Of a stretch of 32,000 nt of DNA, positions 1 to 9,417 are shown in pieces; position 1 is the first letter of the stretch; every line of letters starts with the position of its first letter. The position numbers were made by a program, and so were the translations under genes. Source of the stretch: Candidatus Saccharimonadota bacterium (GTDB lineage: Bacteria; Pseudomonadota; Gammaproteobacteria; Enterobacterales; Enterobacteriaceae); assembly GCA_049942775.1 (NCBI GenBank), contig CP188087.1, positions 330,001 through 362,000 on the forward strand, in the 5' to 3' direction. The notes below the pieces were generated by a model, which saw only the letters and a program-made list of their open reading frames with translations, was not told the DNA's origin and did not search any database.

Positions 1-19
1 TTTTTAAAACAAACAAATT

Positions 20-1159
20 TTAAAAATTATATCTTAATCCTAATTCTAAAAAATTATTTTTCAAAATTTTTTGTTTATTTTTATATAAACTATTATTTAT
101 TTTTGATAAATTTATCGTGTAATCAAGATATGAATCTAAATTTTTATTAAAACTATAATTAGTTAATATTTTAAACTTATTATGGTAGCTAAATTTTTCT
201 TGATTTTGATAAACATTATTTTTATTTAAAACATACAACTCATTTTCTCGTAAATTAGAAAAAGAAACTAATGAACTAATATTTTTATCAAAATTATATC
301 CAGCTATTAATTGAACTAAGCCATCATTTTTTAAAATTGAATTATAAAAATTGTTAATTATAATGTTCTTATTTGTACCAAGAATAAGCATCATATACGA
401 TTTTTTAAAATCATATTTCATAGACAATCCACAAGAAGTAGTTAATCTACCTTTTTTATCTTCTATACCAATTTTAGGACGATCTTTTACAAAATAAGAT
501 AAAACTGAAGAAAATCCTAACTTATTTTTATCGTTATTATAAGCTACTGAACATCCTATACCGTTTAACTCCGTTTTGTTTTTTTTTGTAGGAAGACTAG
601 AATTTGAAGGATTGCCTCTTAATTCTAAAGAAAAGTTCAAAAATTTAGGAGAAAAATAAGAGTTATTTGTACGATATGTAAAAATGTAGTTTTTGTTATC
701 TAAAAAAATTTGATGATCTAAATTTATATTATTTTTGTTTAAATTATCCATTTTTAACAAATATAATAAATCGTGCATAACTCCATTATTACGACTGTAT
801 TCCAACTCTCCAAAAATTTTAGAACGTATTCCAAAATAACCAAAATCAGTTTTTTTAAATTTAGAATTCATGAAAAAAGATTTTAATTCGTTTAAATTAG
901 AAAAATAATGAATATAACCATAACTAGACAAATCTTTAGTTATTTTTTTTTTAGCGAAAAGATTAACAGAAATATTTTCTTTATCTTTATTTAAACATAC
1001 AAAACATCTTTCTTTGGAATGAGTTACATCTTGATTTTTTTTAATTTGAGCATCGATTTCTAGTTTATCACCTTTATTATCATATAACACTGCAGATTTA
1101 ACAAAATTAAAAGGTAACAATAAAAAAAGAAATAATATTAAAAATTTATAATTCTTCAT
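20..1159 (-). CDS. ompF: Outer-membrane general porin (OmpF/OmpC family)
   Basis: 379-aa ORF starting at ATG 1159. It has an N-terminal signal peptide (MKNYKFLILFLFLLLPFNFVKSA). The mature N-terminus AVLYDNKGDKLEIDAQI resembles enterobacterial porin AEIYNKDGNKLDLYGKV. The C-terminus ...LGLRYNF ends in the terminal Phe typical of OM beta-barrels. It lies next to asnS, as ompF does in E. coli. Confidence 0.8.
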   Translation of the reverse strand: MKNYKFLILFLFLLLPFNFVKSAVLYDNKGDKLEIDAQIKKNQDVTHSKERCFVCLNKDKENISVNLFAKKKITKDLSSYGYIHYFSNLNELKSFFMNSKFKKTDFGYFGIRSKIFGELEYSRNNGVMHDLLYLLKMDNLNKNNINLDHQIFLDNKNYIFTYRTNNSYFSPKFLNFSLELRGNPSNSSLPTKKNKTELNGIGCSVAYNNDKNKLGFSSVLSYFVKDRPKIGIEDKKGRLTTSCGLSMKYDFKKSYMMLILGTNKNIIINNFYNSILKNDGLVQLIAGYNFDKNISSLVSFSNLRENELYVLNKNNVYQNQEKFSYHNKFKILTNYSFNKNLDSYLDYTINLSKINNSLYKNKQKILKNNFLELGLRYNF

Positions 1160-1342
1160 AAGAATATATTATTTTACCGTTATGTTATATTTTAAAAAAA
1201 AATCAACATTTCTATATTTGTTATTCTAAAAAACAATTTAAAAAAATAATAAACTATTTTAAGTTAAAACCAATATAGTTTATTTTATCAAAAAAACAAA
1301 TATTTTTTTTTTAGAAATATTGTTATATCTTTATTTTTTATT

Positions 1343-2740
1343 TTAAAAAAGAGAATTTTTAGCAGTTCTAGGAAAAGGAATTAAATCTCTAACATTAGTA
1401 ATGTTAGTGATATAAGATAAAAATCGCTCAAAACCCATTCCAAAACCAGAATGAGGAACAGTACCATATTTTCTAAGATCTAAATACCAATGATAGTCTT
1501 GAAAAGACATTCCTATTTCTTTCAATCTCAATTTTAGTTTATCAATTCTTTCTTCTCTTTCTGATCCTCCTATTACTTCTCCTACTCCTGGAAGTAATAA
1601 ATCAAAAGAAGCAACAGTTTTTCCATCATTATTTAATTTCATATAAAAAGCTTTTATTTTTTTTGGATGGTTTTTAATAATTATTGGAATATTAGAATAA
1701 TAATTTAAAATATATTTTTCATGTTCAGAAGATAAATCTACTCCAAAATTAATTTTTTCTTTAAATTTTTTAGAAAAATTTAAAATTTCTATTATTTCTG
1801 AATAATCCTTTTTAATAAAATCATTATCTAAAAAATAATTTAATTTAGAAAAAATTTTTTTTTTCGATTTTAATTCTAAAAACTTAATATCTTGATGACA
1901 ATTTTTTAATGTTACATTAATCAATTGTTTTAACATTTTTTCGGAAAATTGAATTATTTGATCTAAATTAAAAAAAGACTGTTCTATTTCCAACATCCAA
2001 AATTCAGCTAAATGACGACTAGTATTTGAATTTTCTGCACGAAAAGTAGGTCCAAATGTATATACTTTAGATAAAGAACAAGCATAAGTTTCCAAACTTA
2101 ATTGACCAGAAACTGTAAGAAAAGATTCTTTTCCAAAAAAATCCTTTTTAAAATCTATTTTTCCATTATTATCTTTTGGAAAATTATAGAAATCTAAGGT
2201 AGAAACACGGAACATTTTTCCCAATCCTTCTGAATCTATACTAGTAATAATAGGAGTAGGAATCCAAATATATTTATTTTTATATAAAAAAGATCGTAAA
2301 GAATGTGAAACAAAATCTCTTATTCTAGATATTGAACCTATCAAATTAGTTCTTGATCGTAAATGAACTACATTTCTTAAATGTTCAACTGTATGATTTT
2401 TAGAGGAAATAGGATATCTGTCTGGATTATGTACAAAACCTAATATTTTAATTATATTTACAATAATTTCATATTTTTGTTTTTTTCCAGAAGATAAAAA
2501 TAAATTTCCTACAATAGTTACCGAACAACCTATTGTTAGTTTTAATACATCTTCATAATAATTTTTTAAATTATTATGAGCAATACATTGAATTGGATCG
2601 CAAGAAGATCCATCACTAATATCTATGAAAGAAAAACCTAATTTAGAATCTCTCCTTGATCGAATCCATCCATTAATAGTAATTAGTTCACCTGTTTTAA
2701 CTTCATCATTTTGTATTTCTATTGCTGAAACTATTAACAT
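1343..2740 (-). CDS. asnS: Asparagine--tRNA ligase (AsnRS)
   Basis: The ORF track gives 1343..2809. Homology to E. coli AsnS begins at the internal ATG at 2740: MLIVSAIEIQNDEVKTGELITINGWIRSRRDSKLGFSF versus E. coli ...VTVRGWVRTRRDSKAGISF. That start gives 465 aa against 466 aa in E. coli. Class II motifs are present (FRAENSNTSRHLAEFWMLE, GFGMGFERF). Confidence 0.92.
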   Translation of the reverse strand: MLIVSAIEIQNDEVKTGELITINGWIRSRRDSKLGFSFIDISDGSSCDPIQCIAHNNLKNYYEDVLKLTIGCSVTIVGNLFLSSGKKQKYEIIVNIIKILGFVHNPDRYPISSKNHTVEHLRNVVHLRSRTNLIGSISRIRDFVSHSLRSFLYKNKYIWIPTPIITSIDSEGLGKMFRVSTLDFYNFPKDNNGKIDFKKDFFGKESFLTVSGQLSLETYACSLSKVYTFGPTFRAENSNTSRHLAEFWMLEIEQSFFNLDQIIQFSEKMLKQLINVTLKNCHQDIKFLELKSKKKIFSKLNYFLDNDFIKKDYSEIIEILNFSKKFKEKINFGVDLSSEHEKYILNYYSNIPIIIKNHPKKIKAFYMKLNNDGKTVASFDLLLPGVGEVIGGSEREERIDKLKLRLKEIGMSFQDYHWYLDLRKYGTVPHSGFGMGFERFLSYITNITNVRDLIPFPRTAKNSLF

Positions 2741-3823
2741 AAATTTTCCTATATAAACATTGTATAATATATATATATTATCAATAAAATTAACCCTATA
2801 AAACTTCACTAAAATATTAAAAATATATTTTATATATATACATGTCTAAAAAAAAATAGAATTAAATAAATGTTTTTAATATAAACAAAAAACTAAAATT
2901 ATTTAAAATAAAAATAAATTTTAAAAATTAAATAATATATTAGTTTTATTAATTAAACCTACTAATATAATTAATAAAATTAGTAATTCGTATATAAATA
3001 AATATGACTATTTTAGAAAAAATTATTTTTTTAAAAATTAAAATATTCAAAAAAAATAAAATAATATAAATTTTAGGAATAAAATTTATTTTAGTGTAAT
3101 AAATAACTAATAAAATTTTTTTTTTAATAAGGATAATCAAAAACAGCAATTAAAAATTGCAAAAGATAAAAAAATAAATTAATTATTTTAAAAAATAATA
3201 TTCAACTATTTTTTTAATAAAAATAAAAATTTTAATTAAACAATGGAAACTTATTACAAATAAAAAAAAAAAAAAACTAAATAATTTTGATAATTTTATA
3301 AAAATTAAAAATTTAATAATTTTAATCAAAGAGTACAATTAAAGAAAAAAATGATTTATTTAAATTAGTTCTAAAAAACTTATTATTAATTGAATTAGAT
3401 TTTTATAAATAAAAAGATCAGTTATGAAAATCAAAAAAATAATTAAAACTAAATATGAAAAATATTTTAAAAAATATATTTTTTATTTAAATTTATAAAA
3501 ATATAAATAAATAAATCTATTTTAAAATAATTAAAAATTTGTTATTTAAAAAATTTTTTCTAGAAAAAAATATTGTTTAATTTAATTAATGTATTTTTGC
3601 TGAAAACACTAAAAAACAATGAAAATGTTTAAATATTAAAATTAATAAAAAATATAAAACATCAAAAATAACAACAAACAATAAAAAAACATCTGATTTG
3701 TAAGAAATGTATTTTTTTAAATTTTTTATAAAAATTAAAAATAAAAAATTTAAAAATAAAAAAAATAATTTAAAAAAAAATTTATTTTTACCGATGAAAA
3801 ATTAAAATTTGTATGGTTTTTTT

Positions 3824-3855
3824 AAAAAGTTAGAAGATCAAAAATCTAACTTTTT
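3824..3855 (-). terminator. Candidate weak intrinsic terminator downstream of trhO
   Basis: Perfect 11-bp inverted repeat aaaaagttaga (3824-3834) / tctaacttttt (3845-3855) with a 10-nt loop, about 75 nt past the trhO stop on the minus strand. The 3' arm runs into a U tract. The stem has only 2 G:C pairs, so it is weak. Confidence 0.3.
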
Positions 3856-3929
3856 TAAAACAATTTTAATTGTAAAAAAAATTCTAATTAAAAAAACTAA
3901 AAATTAAATTTAATATTTTTTAAAAAAAT

Positions 3930-4904
3930 CTATTTTAAATTTTTATCATTTTTAAATTTAGAAAAACAAATTTCAGAACAAAAACCTCTCATTTTATTAA
4001 AACACTGTAAACATTGAATAAAAAGAATATGACAACTTTCATAACTACAATTAATATAATTATTAGATGGTAATTTACAAATTTTACAATTTGTAAATAG
4101 ATCGTCTGTAATTTTTTCTCCCATTCTAGCATCAAAAACAAAATTTTTTCCCTTAAAATACATTGGTAGATTTTTTTTTTTTGTTTCATTATAATAACCA
4201 ATAATTCCATTTTTTAATTGATAAACATGTTTAAATCCATGATGTTTTATCCATGCAGTAGCTTTTTCACATCTAATTCCACCTGTACAATACATTATTA
4301 TTTTCTTATCTTTATAAGGATTTAAAAAATTAACAATATTTTTTATTTGATCTCTAAAAGTTCTTTTTGAAATATTCATGGAATTTTCAAATCGACCAAT
4401 CGCATATTCATAAGAATTTCTCATATCAAGAAAAATTGAATCATTTTTTTTTTTATTAGAAATATACATCGAGTTAAATTCTTCTGAATTTATGTAAAAA
4501 CCTTTATTTTTAAAAAAATTGAAATTTTTATTTAAAATTCCATCAGCAACAATTTTTTTTTTTATTTTTACAACTAATAGCCAAAATGGTTCAACTAAAT
4601 AATTTGTTTTACTTGTATTAAAATGTATTTTTTTCAAAGAAATATTAAAATTCTGAATTTGTTTTTTTAAATTTAAATATTTTGTTTTCGGTATACTAAT
4701 TTGAGAATTAATTCCTTCTTTAGACACATATACTCTTCCTAAAACATTAAAGAACAACAGTAATTTATATAAATTATCACGAAAATTAAAAATATCGGAT
4801 ATATGAAAATATTTATAAAATGAAACTATTATTCTTTCCTCTTTTTTTTTCATAATTTTTTTTTTAAGTATTTTTTTTTCAACTAAATTATGCAAATTTT
4901 TCAT
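3930..4904 (-). CDS. trhO: Rhodanese-domain tRNA uridine(34) hydroxylase TrhO (YceA/UPF0176)
   Basis: 324 aa, co-linear with E. coli YceA from residue 1. Matching segments: ISFYKYFHI / VSFYKYFHI, GRVYVSKEGINSQISIP, KKIIMYCTGGIRCEKATAWIKHHGF (rhodanese active-site Cys loop), FKGKNFVFDARMGEKI, and CHILFIQC in the C-terminal Cys cluster. Confidence 0.88.
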   Translation of the reverse strand: MKNLHNLVEKKILKKKIMKKKEERIIVSFYKYFHISDIFNFRDNLYKLLLFFNVLGRVYVSKEGINSQISIPKTKYLNLKKQIQNFNISLKKIHFNTSKTNYLVEPFWLLVVKIKKKIVADGILNKNFNFFKNKGFYINSEEFNSMYISNKKKNDSIFLDMRNSYEYAIGRFENSMNISKRTFRDQIKNIVNFLNPYKDKKIIMYCTGGIRCEKATAWIKHHGFKHVYQLKNGIIGYYNETKKKNLPMYFKGKNFVFDARMGEKITDDLFTNCKICKLPSNNYINCSYESCHILFIQCLQCFNKMRGFCSEICFSKFKNDKNLK

Positions 4905-5024
4905 TTATGTGATTTCCTTAAATAAAATTAAAATAAACAAACAAAAATTTAATAAATAATAATTAATTAAAATTATAAAAAATCTATTTTTTTTAAAAAA
5001 TCAGTACTATTTAGTTTATTACTG

Positions 5025-7667
5025 CTATTTTTTTAACATGAAACATTCTGCACCATCTATTTTTTTAAATTTATTATTAAATTCCATTTTTTCATCGGAT
5101 AAAAATGAAATTTTTTCTAAAAAAGACATTTTTTTTAAATAATTTTCATATTTTTCAAAATATCTTTTATTTTTAAAATCAATATTTTTTAAATATAAGC
5201 AAACTATTTCTTTAGGATGAAGATGATTTTTAATTCTAATATTTCTTAATTCAATAATTTTTTTTTGAAACCAATCCATTTCTTGTTTAATAATTTTTTC
5301 ATTAGCATCAACAGAAAAAAAACTAGGAAATGATTCTTCTAAAATCGATTCTTTATCATTAACAGGATCTATTTTTTTCATTTCTTTCCAAATATATTCA
5401 GTGATATATGGAATAATAGGATGTAATAAAATTAATATAGTTAATAAAACTTTTTTTAGAGAATATTTTACCCCCTCTAATTCTATTTTATTTTTATTTA
5501 TTCTAATAATTTTAGAAAATTCTAAATACCAATCACAAAATTTATTCCAAAAAAAATCATATAAATTTTGAGCTACTAGATCAAAACGATAGTTTTTCAT
5601 TTCAAAATCATATTTTTTTATTAATTCATTTAATTCAATTAAAATCCATTGATCAGGAAAAGATAAATTTATTTTTTTATTTTCTGTGTTTATGTTTATC
5701 TCTTTAATATAAATAAACACAAATCGACTAGCATTCCATAATTTAGTACAAAAATTTTTACAAAACTTTAATCTAGAATAATTCCAATTAATATCTTGTT
5801 TAGGAGCAGATAAAAAAGAAAAATAAAACCTCAAAGGATCTGTACCAAAAGCTTCAATACCATTAGGAAAATTAAATTTAATAAAATTAGAAATTGATTG
5901 TACAGTTTTTTTATTAGAAATGAATTTAGTTCTTTTTTTTATTAAATCAGATAAAGAAATTCCATGTATAATATCTAAAGGATCAATAACATTACCTTGT
6001 GATTTCGACATTTTTTTACCAAATTCATCTCTAATTAATCCAGTAACTATAACTTTTTTAAATGGAACTTTAGAATTTCCATATTTATCTTTAATAAGAT
6101 ATGTACTTAAAAAAATCATTCTCGAAATCCAAAAAAAAATAATATCAAAACCAGTAACTAAAACATCCGTTGGATAAAAATTTTTTAATAAATCTGTCTT
6201 TTTAGGCCATCCTAAAGAAGCAAAACACCACAATCCAGAAGAAAACCAAGTATCTAATACATCTTTTTCTTGAGTCAAAGTTATATCTTTAGAAATTTTA
6301 TATTTATTTCTAATTTCATTCTCATCATTTCCAACATAAACATTATTTTTTTCGTCGTACCAAACAGGAATTTGATGTCCCCACCATAACTGTCTAGAAA
6401 TACACCAATCATTAATATTTTTCATCCAAGAAAAAAAAACATTTTTATATTTATTTGGAATAAATTTTATATTTCCTTGTTTTACAGATTCTATTGCCAA
6501 TATAGACAACGGTTTGGTATTTAAATACCATTGATCTGTTAACATAGGTTCAATGATAGTTCCAGTTCGATCTCCATATGGAACAACGTTTTTTATTATT
6601 ACTTCTTCTTTTAATAAACCTAGTTTGTTAATTTCAAAAATAACTTTTTTTCTAAGTTCACATCGATCTAAATCTTTAAAAATCAAAGGAACAAAACAAT
6701 TCACATCAAATAATTGATTACTATTTGAATCAAAGAATTGTAATGAGTTCCTTAGTTTTCCATTTTTTGTAAATATGTTAATCATTGGTAAATTATTTCT
6801 TTTGGCTATTTCATAATCCTTAAAATCATGAGCTGGAGTTATTTTCACGCAACCAGTACCTTTATTTATATCTATTTCGTTATCTGAAATGATTGGAACT
6901 ATCCTATTTATTAAAGGAACAGAAACAAATTTTCCAATATATTGTTTATAACGAATATCATTCGGATGTACAGAAATCGCCACATCTCCAAACAATGTTT
7001 CAGGACGAGTAGTAGAAATAACTAAAAATTCTTGTTCACTATTTAGATTATTTTTAACAATAGGATAACATATATCCCACATTTTACTTGATACTTGTCT
7101 ATATTCAACTTCCAAATCAGAAATTACCGTTCTTAAAGACACATCCCAATTAGATAATTTTTTGCTCTTATAAATTAATTTATTTTCATACAATTTTATA
7201 AAAGATTTTCGTACTGCTATCGACATGTCTTTATCTAAAGTAAATCTTTCTTTGCTCCAATCTATTGAATTTCCCAAACAACGCATTTGATTATTTATTT
7301 TAAAATTTAATTTTTTTTTCCATTCCCAAATTTTTTTTATTATTTTTTTTTTATTCTTTTCTTTTCTGTTTTCTGTTAATTTAAAAAATTTTTTTTCAAT
7401 TAGCACTTGAGTAGCAATTCCAGCATGATCAGTACCTGTTTGCCAGAATGTATTTTTTCCTTTTATTCGTTGATATCTTATTATTATATCCATTAAAGTT
7501 TGTTGAAAAGCATGTCCCATATGCAATTCTCCAGTAATATTTGGAGGAGGAATTACAATGCAAAAATTTCCTTTTTTATTTTTATAATTTGGAGAAAAAA
7601 ACTGTTTCTTCTCCCAAAAATCATATAAACAACCTTCTATATTTTTTGGTACAAATTTTGCTTTCAT
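5025..7667 (-). CDS. valS: Valine--tRNA ligase (ValRS), lacking the C-terminal coiled-coil
   Basis: 880 aa. The N-terminus MKAKFVPKNIEGCLYDFWEKKQFF...FCIVIPPPNITGELHMGHAFQQTLMD matches E. coli ValS (HIGH motif). The KMSKS motif is present (GKKMSKSQGN). The protein ends at ...KIDGAECFMLKK, which aligns to E. coli ...IIDGAELLIPMAGL just before the coiled-coil. Confidence 0.95.
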   Translation of the reverse strand: MKAKFVPKNIEGCLYDFWEKKQFFSPNYKNKKGNFCIVIPPPNITGELHMGHAFQQTLMDIIIRYQRIKGKNTFWQTGTDHAGIATQVLIEKKFFKLTENRKEKNKKKIIKKIWEWKKKLNFKINNQMRCLGNSIDWSKERFTLDKDMSIAVRKSFIKLYENKLIYKSKKLSNWDVSLRTVISDLEVEYRQVSSKMWDICYPIVKNNLNSEQEFLVISTTRPETLFGDVAISVHPNDIRYKQYIGKFVSVPLINRIVPIISDNEIDINKGTGCVKITPAHDFKDYEIAKRNNLPMINIFTKNGKLRNSLQFFDSNSNQLFDVNCFVPLIFKDLDRCELRKKVIFEINKLGLLKEEVIIKNVVPYGDRTGTIIEPMLTDQWYLNTKPLSILAIESVKQGNIKFIPNKYKNVFFSWMKNINDWCISRQLWWGHQIPVWYDEKNNVYVGNDENEIRNKYKISKDITLTQEKDVLDTWFSSGLWCFASLGWPKKTDLLKNFYPTDVLVTGFDIIFFWISRMIFLSTYLIKDKYGNSKVPFKKVIVTGLIRDEFGKKMSKSQGNVIDPLDIIHGISLSDLIKKRTKFISNKKTVQSISNFIKFNFPNGIEAFGTDPLRFYFSFLSAPKQDINWNYSRLKFCKNFCTKLWNASRFVFIYIKEININTENKKINLSFPDQWILIELNELIKKYDFEMKNYRFDLVAQNLYDFFWNKFCDWYLEFSKIIRINKNKIELEGVKYSLKKVLLTILILLHPIIPYITEYIWKEMKKIDPVNDKESILEESFPSFFSVDANEKIIKQEMDWFQKKIIELRNIRIKNHLHPKEIVCLYLKNIDFKNKRYFEKYENYLKKMSFLEKISFLSDEKMEFNNKFKKIDGAECFMLKK

Positions 7668-7757
7668 ATTTATTACCTATAAATATATTAAATAAATTTT
7701 AAAAAACTAATTATGATAAAATAAGAAAAAAACATTTTTTATATATACTAAATAAAA

Positions 7758-9266
7758 TTAATTATTGATTTTATTCATTAAAAATTGTACTAATAGATCC
7801 ACCGGTCTTCCTGTAGCACTATCTTTTACTTCTGAATACGCTGTTCCAGCAATATCTAGATGAGCCCACTGGTATTTCTTGCAAAACAGAGAAAGAAAAT
7901 AAGCCGCAGTTATTGCACCTGCCACTCCATTTTTAGAAATATTTGTAATATCTGCAATTCTAGAATTTAGATCTTTTTTTGATTCTTCTAAAATAGGCAA
8001 CTCCCATAATTTGTCCCCTGATTGTTCACCTGCAATTAACAATTGTTTTGCTAAATTAGAATTATTACTCATTAAACCAGTAATCTCTGTTCCTAACGCT
8101 ACAATACATGCTCCTGTTAAGGTCGCAATATCTATGACTAAACTTGGATTAAATTTTTTTATATAAGTTAATACATCGCATAAAACTAATCTTCCTTCAG
8201 CATCAGTATTTAATACTTCTACTGTTTTTTTTGACATAGTAGTTAATATATCACCAGGACGAAAAGAATTTTCACTTGGCATATTTTCGCAACTTGCTGT
8301 TATGCCTATAACATTAATTGGTAAAGATAATTTCATAACTGCAAATAACACTCCATATATTGAAGCTGCTCCGCTCATATCGTATTTCATACGATGCATA
8401 TTGTTAGATGGTTTTAAAGATATTCCTCCAGAATCAAAAGTTACACCTTTACCAATTAAAACAACTGGATTTTCTTTCTTTTTTTTACTATTGTTATATT
8501 TAATGATAGTCATTAGTGATTCATTTTTAGAACCAGAACCAACTGCTAAATATGCATTCATACCATTTTTTTTTAAATCTGTTTCATTAAGAATTTCTAT
8601 AGAAAATTTAGATTTAGAAAATTCAAATAGTTCTCTAGATTTATTAGATAAATAAGTTGGAGTACATATATTTGGAGGTAAATTGCTAATATCTTTTGAT
8701 ATTTTTATTCCTTCAGAAATTGCAACACCATGTTTAATAGCAATCATTGCCTCATCTATGCATCCTTTCGAAATACTACTAAATGTTATTTTTGAAAGAA
8801 TATTTTTTTTTTCTTTTAAAGATCTTTTAAAATCTGAAAAAACATATAATTCATCTTCTATGTACTTTATAGCTAATCGTACTTTCCAATACATATTTCT
8901 ATTTTTTACTTTTAATTCATTTAACAAAAATAATAAATTTGAAGAATTAGTCGATTTTATTATTTTAAAACTGTTTCTTATTATTTTTTCATAACGAAAT
9001 TCATTAAATTTCTCAAAATTTCCACATCCTATTAATAATATTTGTTTAAAAAACAAATTATCATAATTATTAATTAATAAAGTTTGATTTAATTCTCCAG
9101 AAAAATTTTCTCTATCAAATAAAAAACTAATTTTTCCATTTAAAAAATCATCTAATTTAGATAAATATCTATTTTTTAATGTTTCTTTTGAACTTTTGAA
9201 CATACCCAATAAAATACAATCGGTTCTAATTTTATTAAAATCTATATTTTTAACAAAAAATTTCAT
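7758..9266 (-). CDS. pepA: Leucyl/cytosol aminopeptidase PepA (M17)
   Basis: 502 aa against 503 aa in E. coli. It carries the M17 signature NTDAEGRLVLCD, GKGVTFDSGGISLKP, and WAHLDIAGTA near the C-terminus. Confidence 0.95.
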   Translation of the reverse strand: MKFFVKNIDFNKIRTDCILLGMFKSSKETLKNRYLSKLDDFLNGKISFLFDRENFSGELNQTLLINNYDNLFFKQILLIGCGNFEKFNEFRYEKIIRNSFKIIKSTNSSNLLFLLNELKVKNRNMYWKVRLAIKYIEDELYVFSDFKRSLKEKKNILSKITFSSISKGCIDEAMIAIKHGVAISEGIKISKDISNLPPNICTPTYLSNKSRELFEFSKSKFSIEILNETDLKKNGMNAYLAVGSGSKNESLMTIIKYNNSKKKKENPVVLIGKGVTFDSGGISLKPSNNMHRMKYDMSGAASIYGVLFAVMKLSLPINVIGITASCENMPSENSFRPGDILTTMSKKTVEVLNTDAEGRLVLCDVLTYIKKFNPSLVIDIATLTGACIVALGTEITGLMSNNSNLAKQLLIAGEQSGDKLWELPILEESKKDLNSRIADITNISKNGVAGAITAAYFLSLFCKKYQWAHLDIAGTAYSEVKDSATGRPVDLLVQFLMNKINN

Positions 9267-9417
9267 AAATTTCTCATTTTTGTCGTATAATTAATTGATT
9301 TTTAATCATTAAATTAAGTTTCATAAATTATTTATAAGTATAATAAAAAAGCAACTTTTACAAAAGAAAATTTAAATAAAACAAAAAAATAAATCAAAAA
9401 TAAAAGGAGAAAATTTT

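Noticed and set aside
2949-3149. 66-aa ORF (MLFLIILIKKKILLVIYY...) inside the asnS-trhO spacer
   Set aside because: It is pure I/L/F/K/N low complexity, as expected from random translation of ~8% GC DNA. There is no SD, no recognisable motif, and it is not distinguishable from noise.
2810-3929. Possibility that the repetitive-looking A-rich spacer is a CRISPR array, satellite or mobile-element remnant
   Set aside because: I could find no regularly spaced repeat unit, terminal inverted repeats or transposase-like ORF. The apparent repetition is homopolymeric, low-complexity A/T sequence.
3989-4210. 73-aa same-strand alternative-frame ORF within trhO, and the 65-aa ORF 9859-10056 antisense to argI
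   Set aside because: Both are fully nested in genes with clear homology in another frame or strand. Both are low complexity with no SD.
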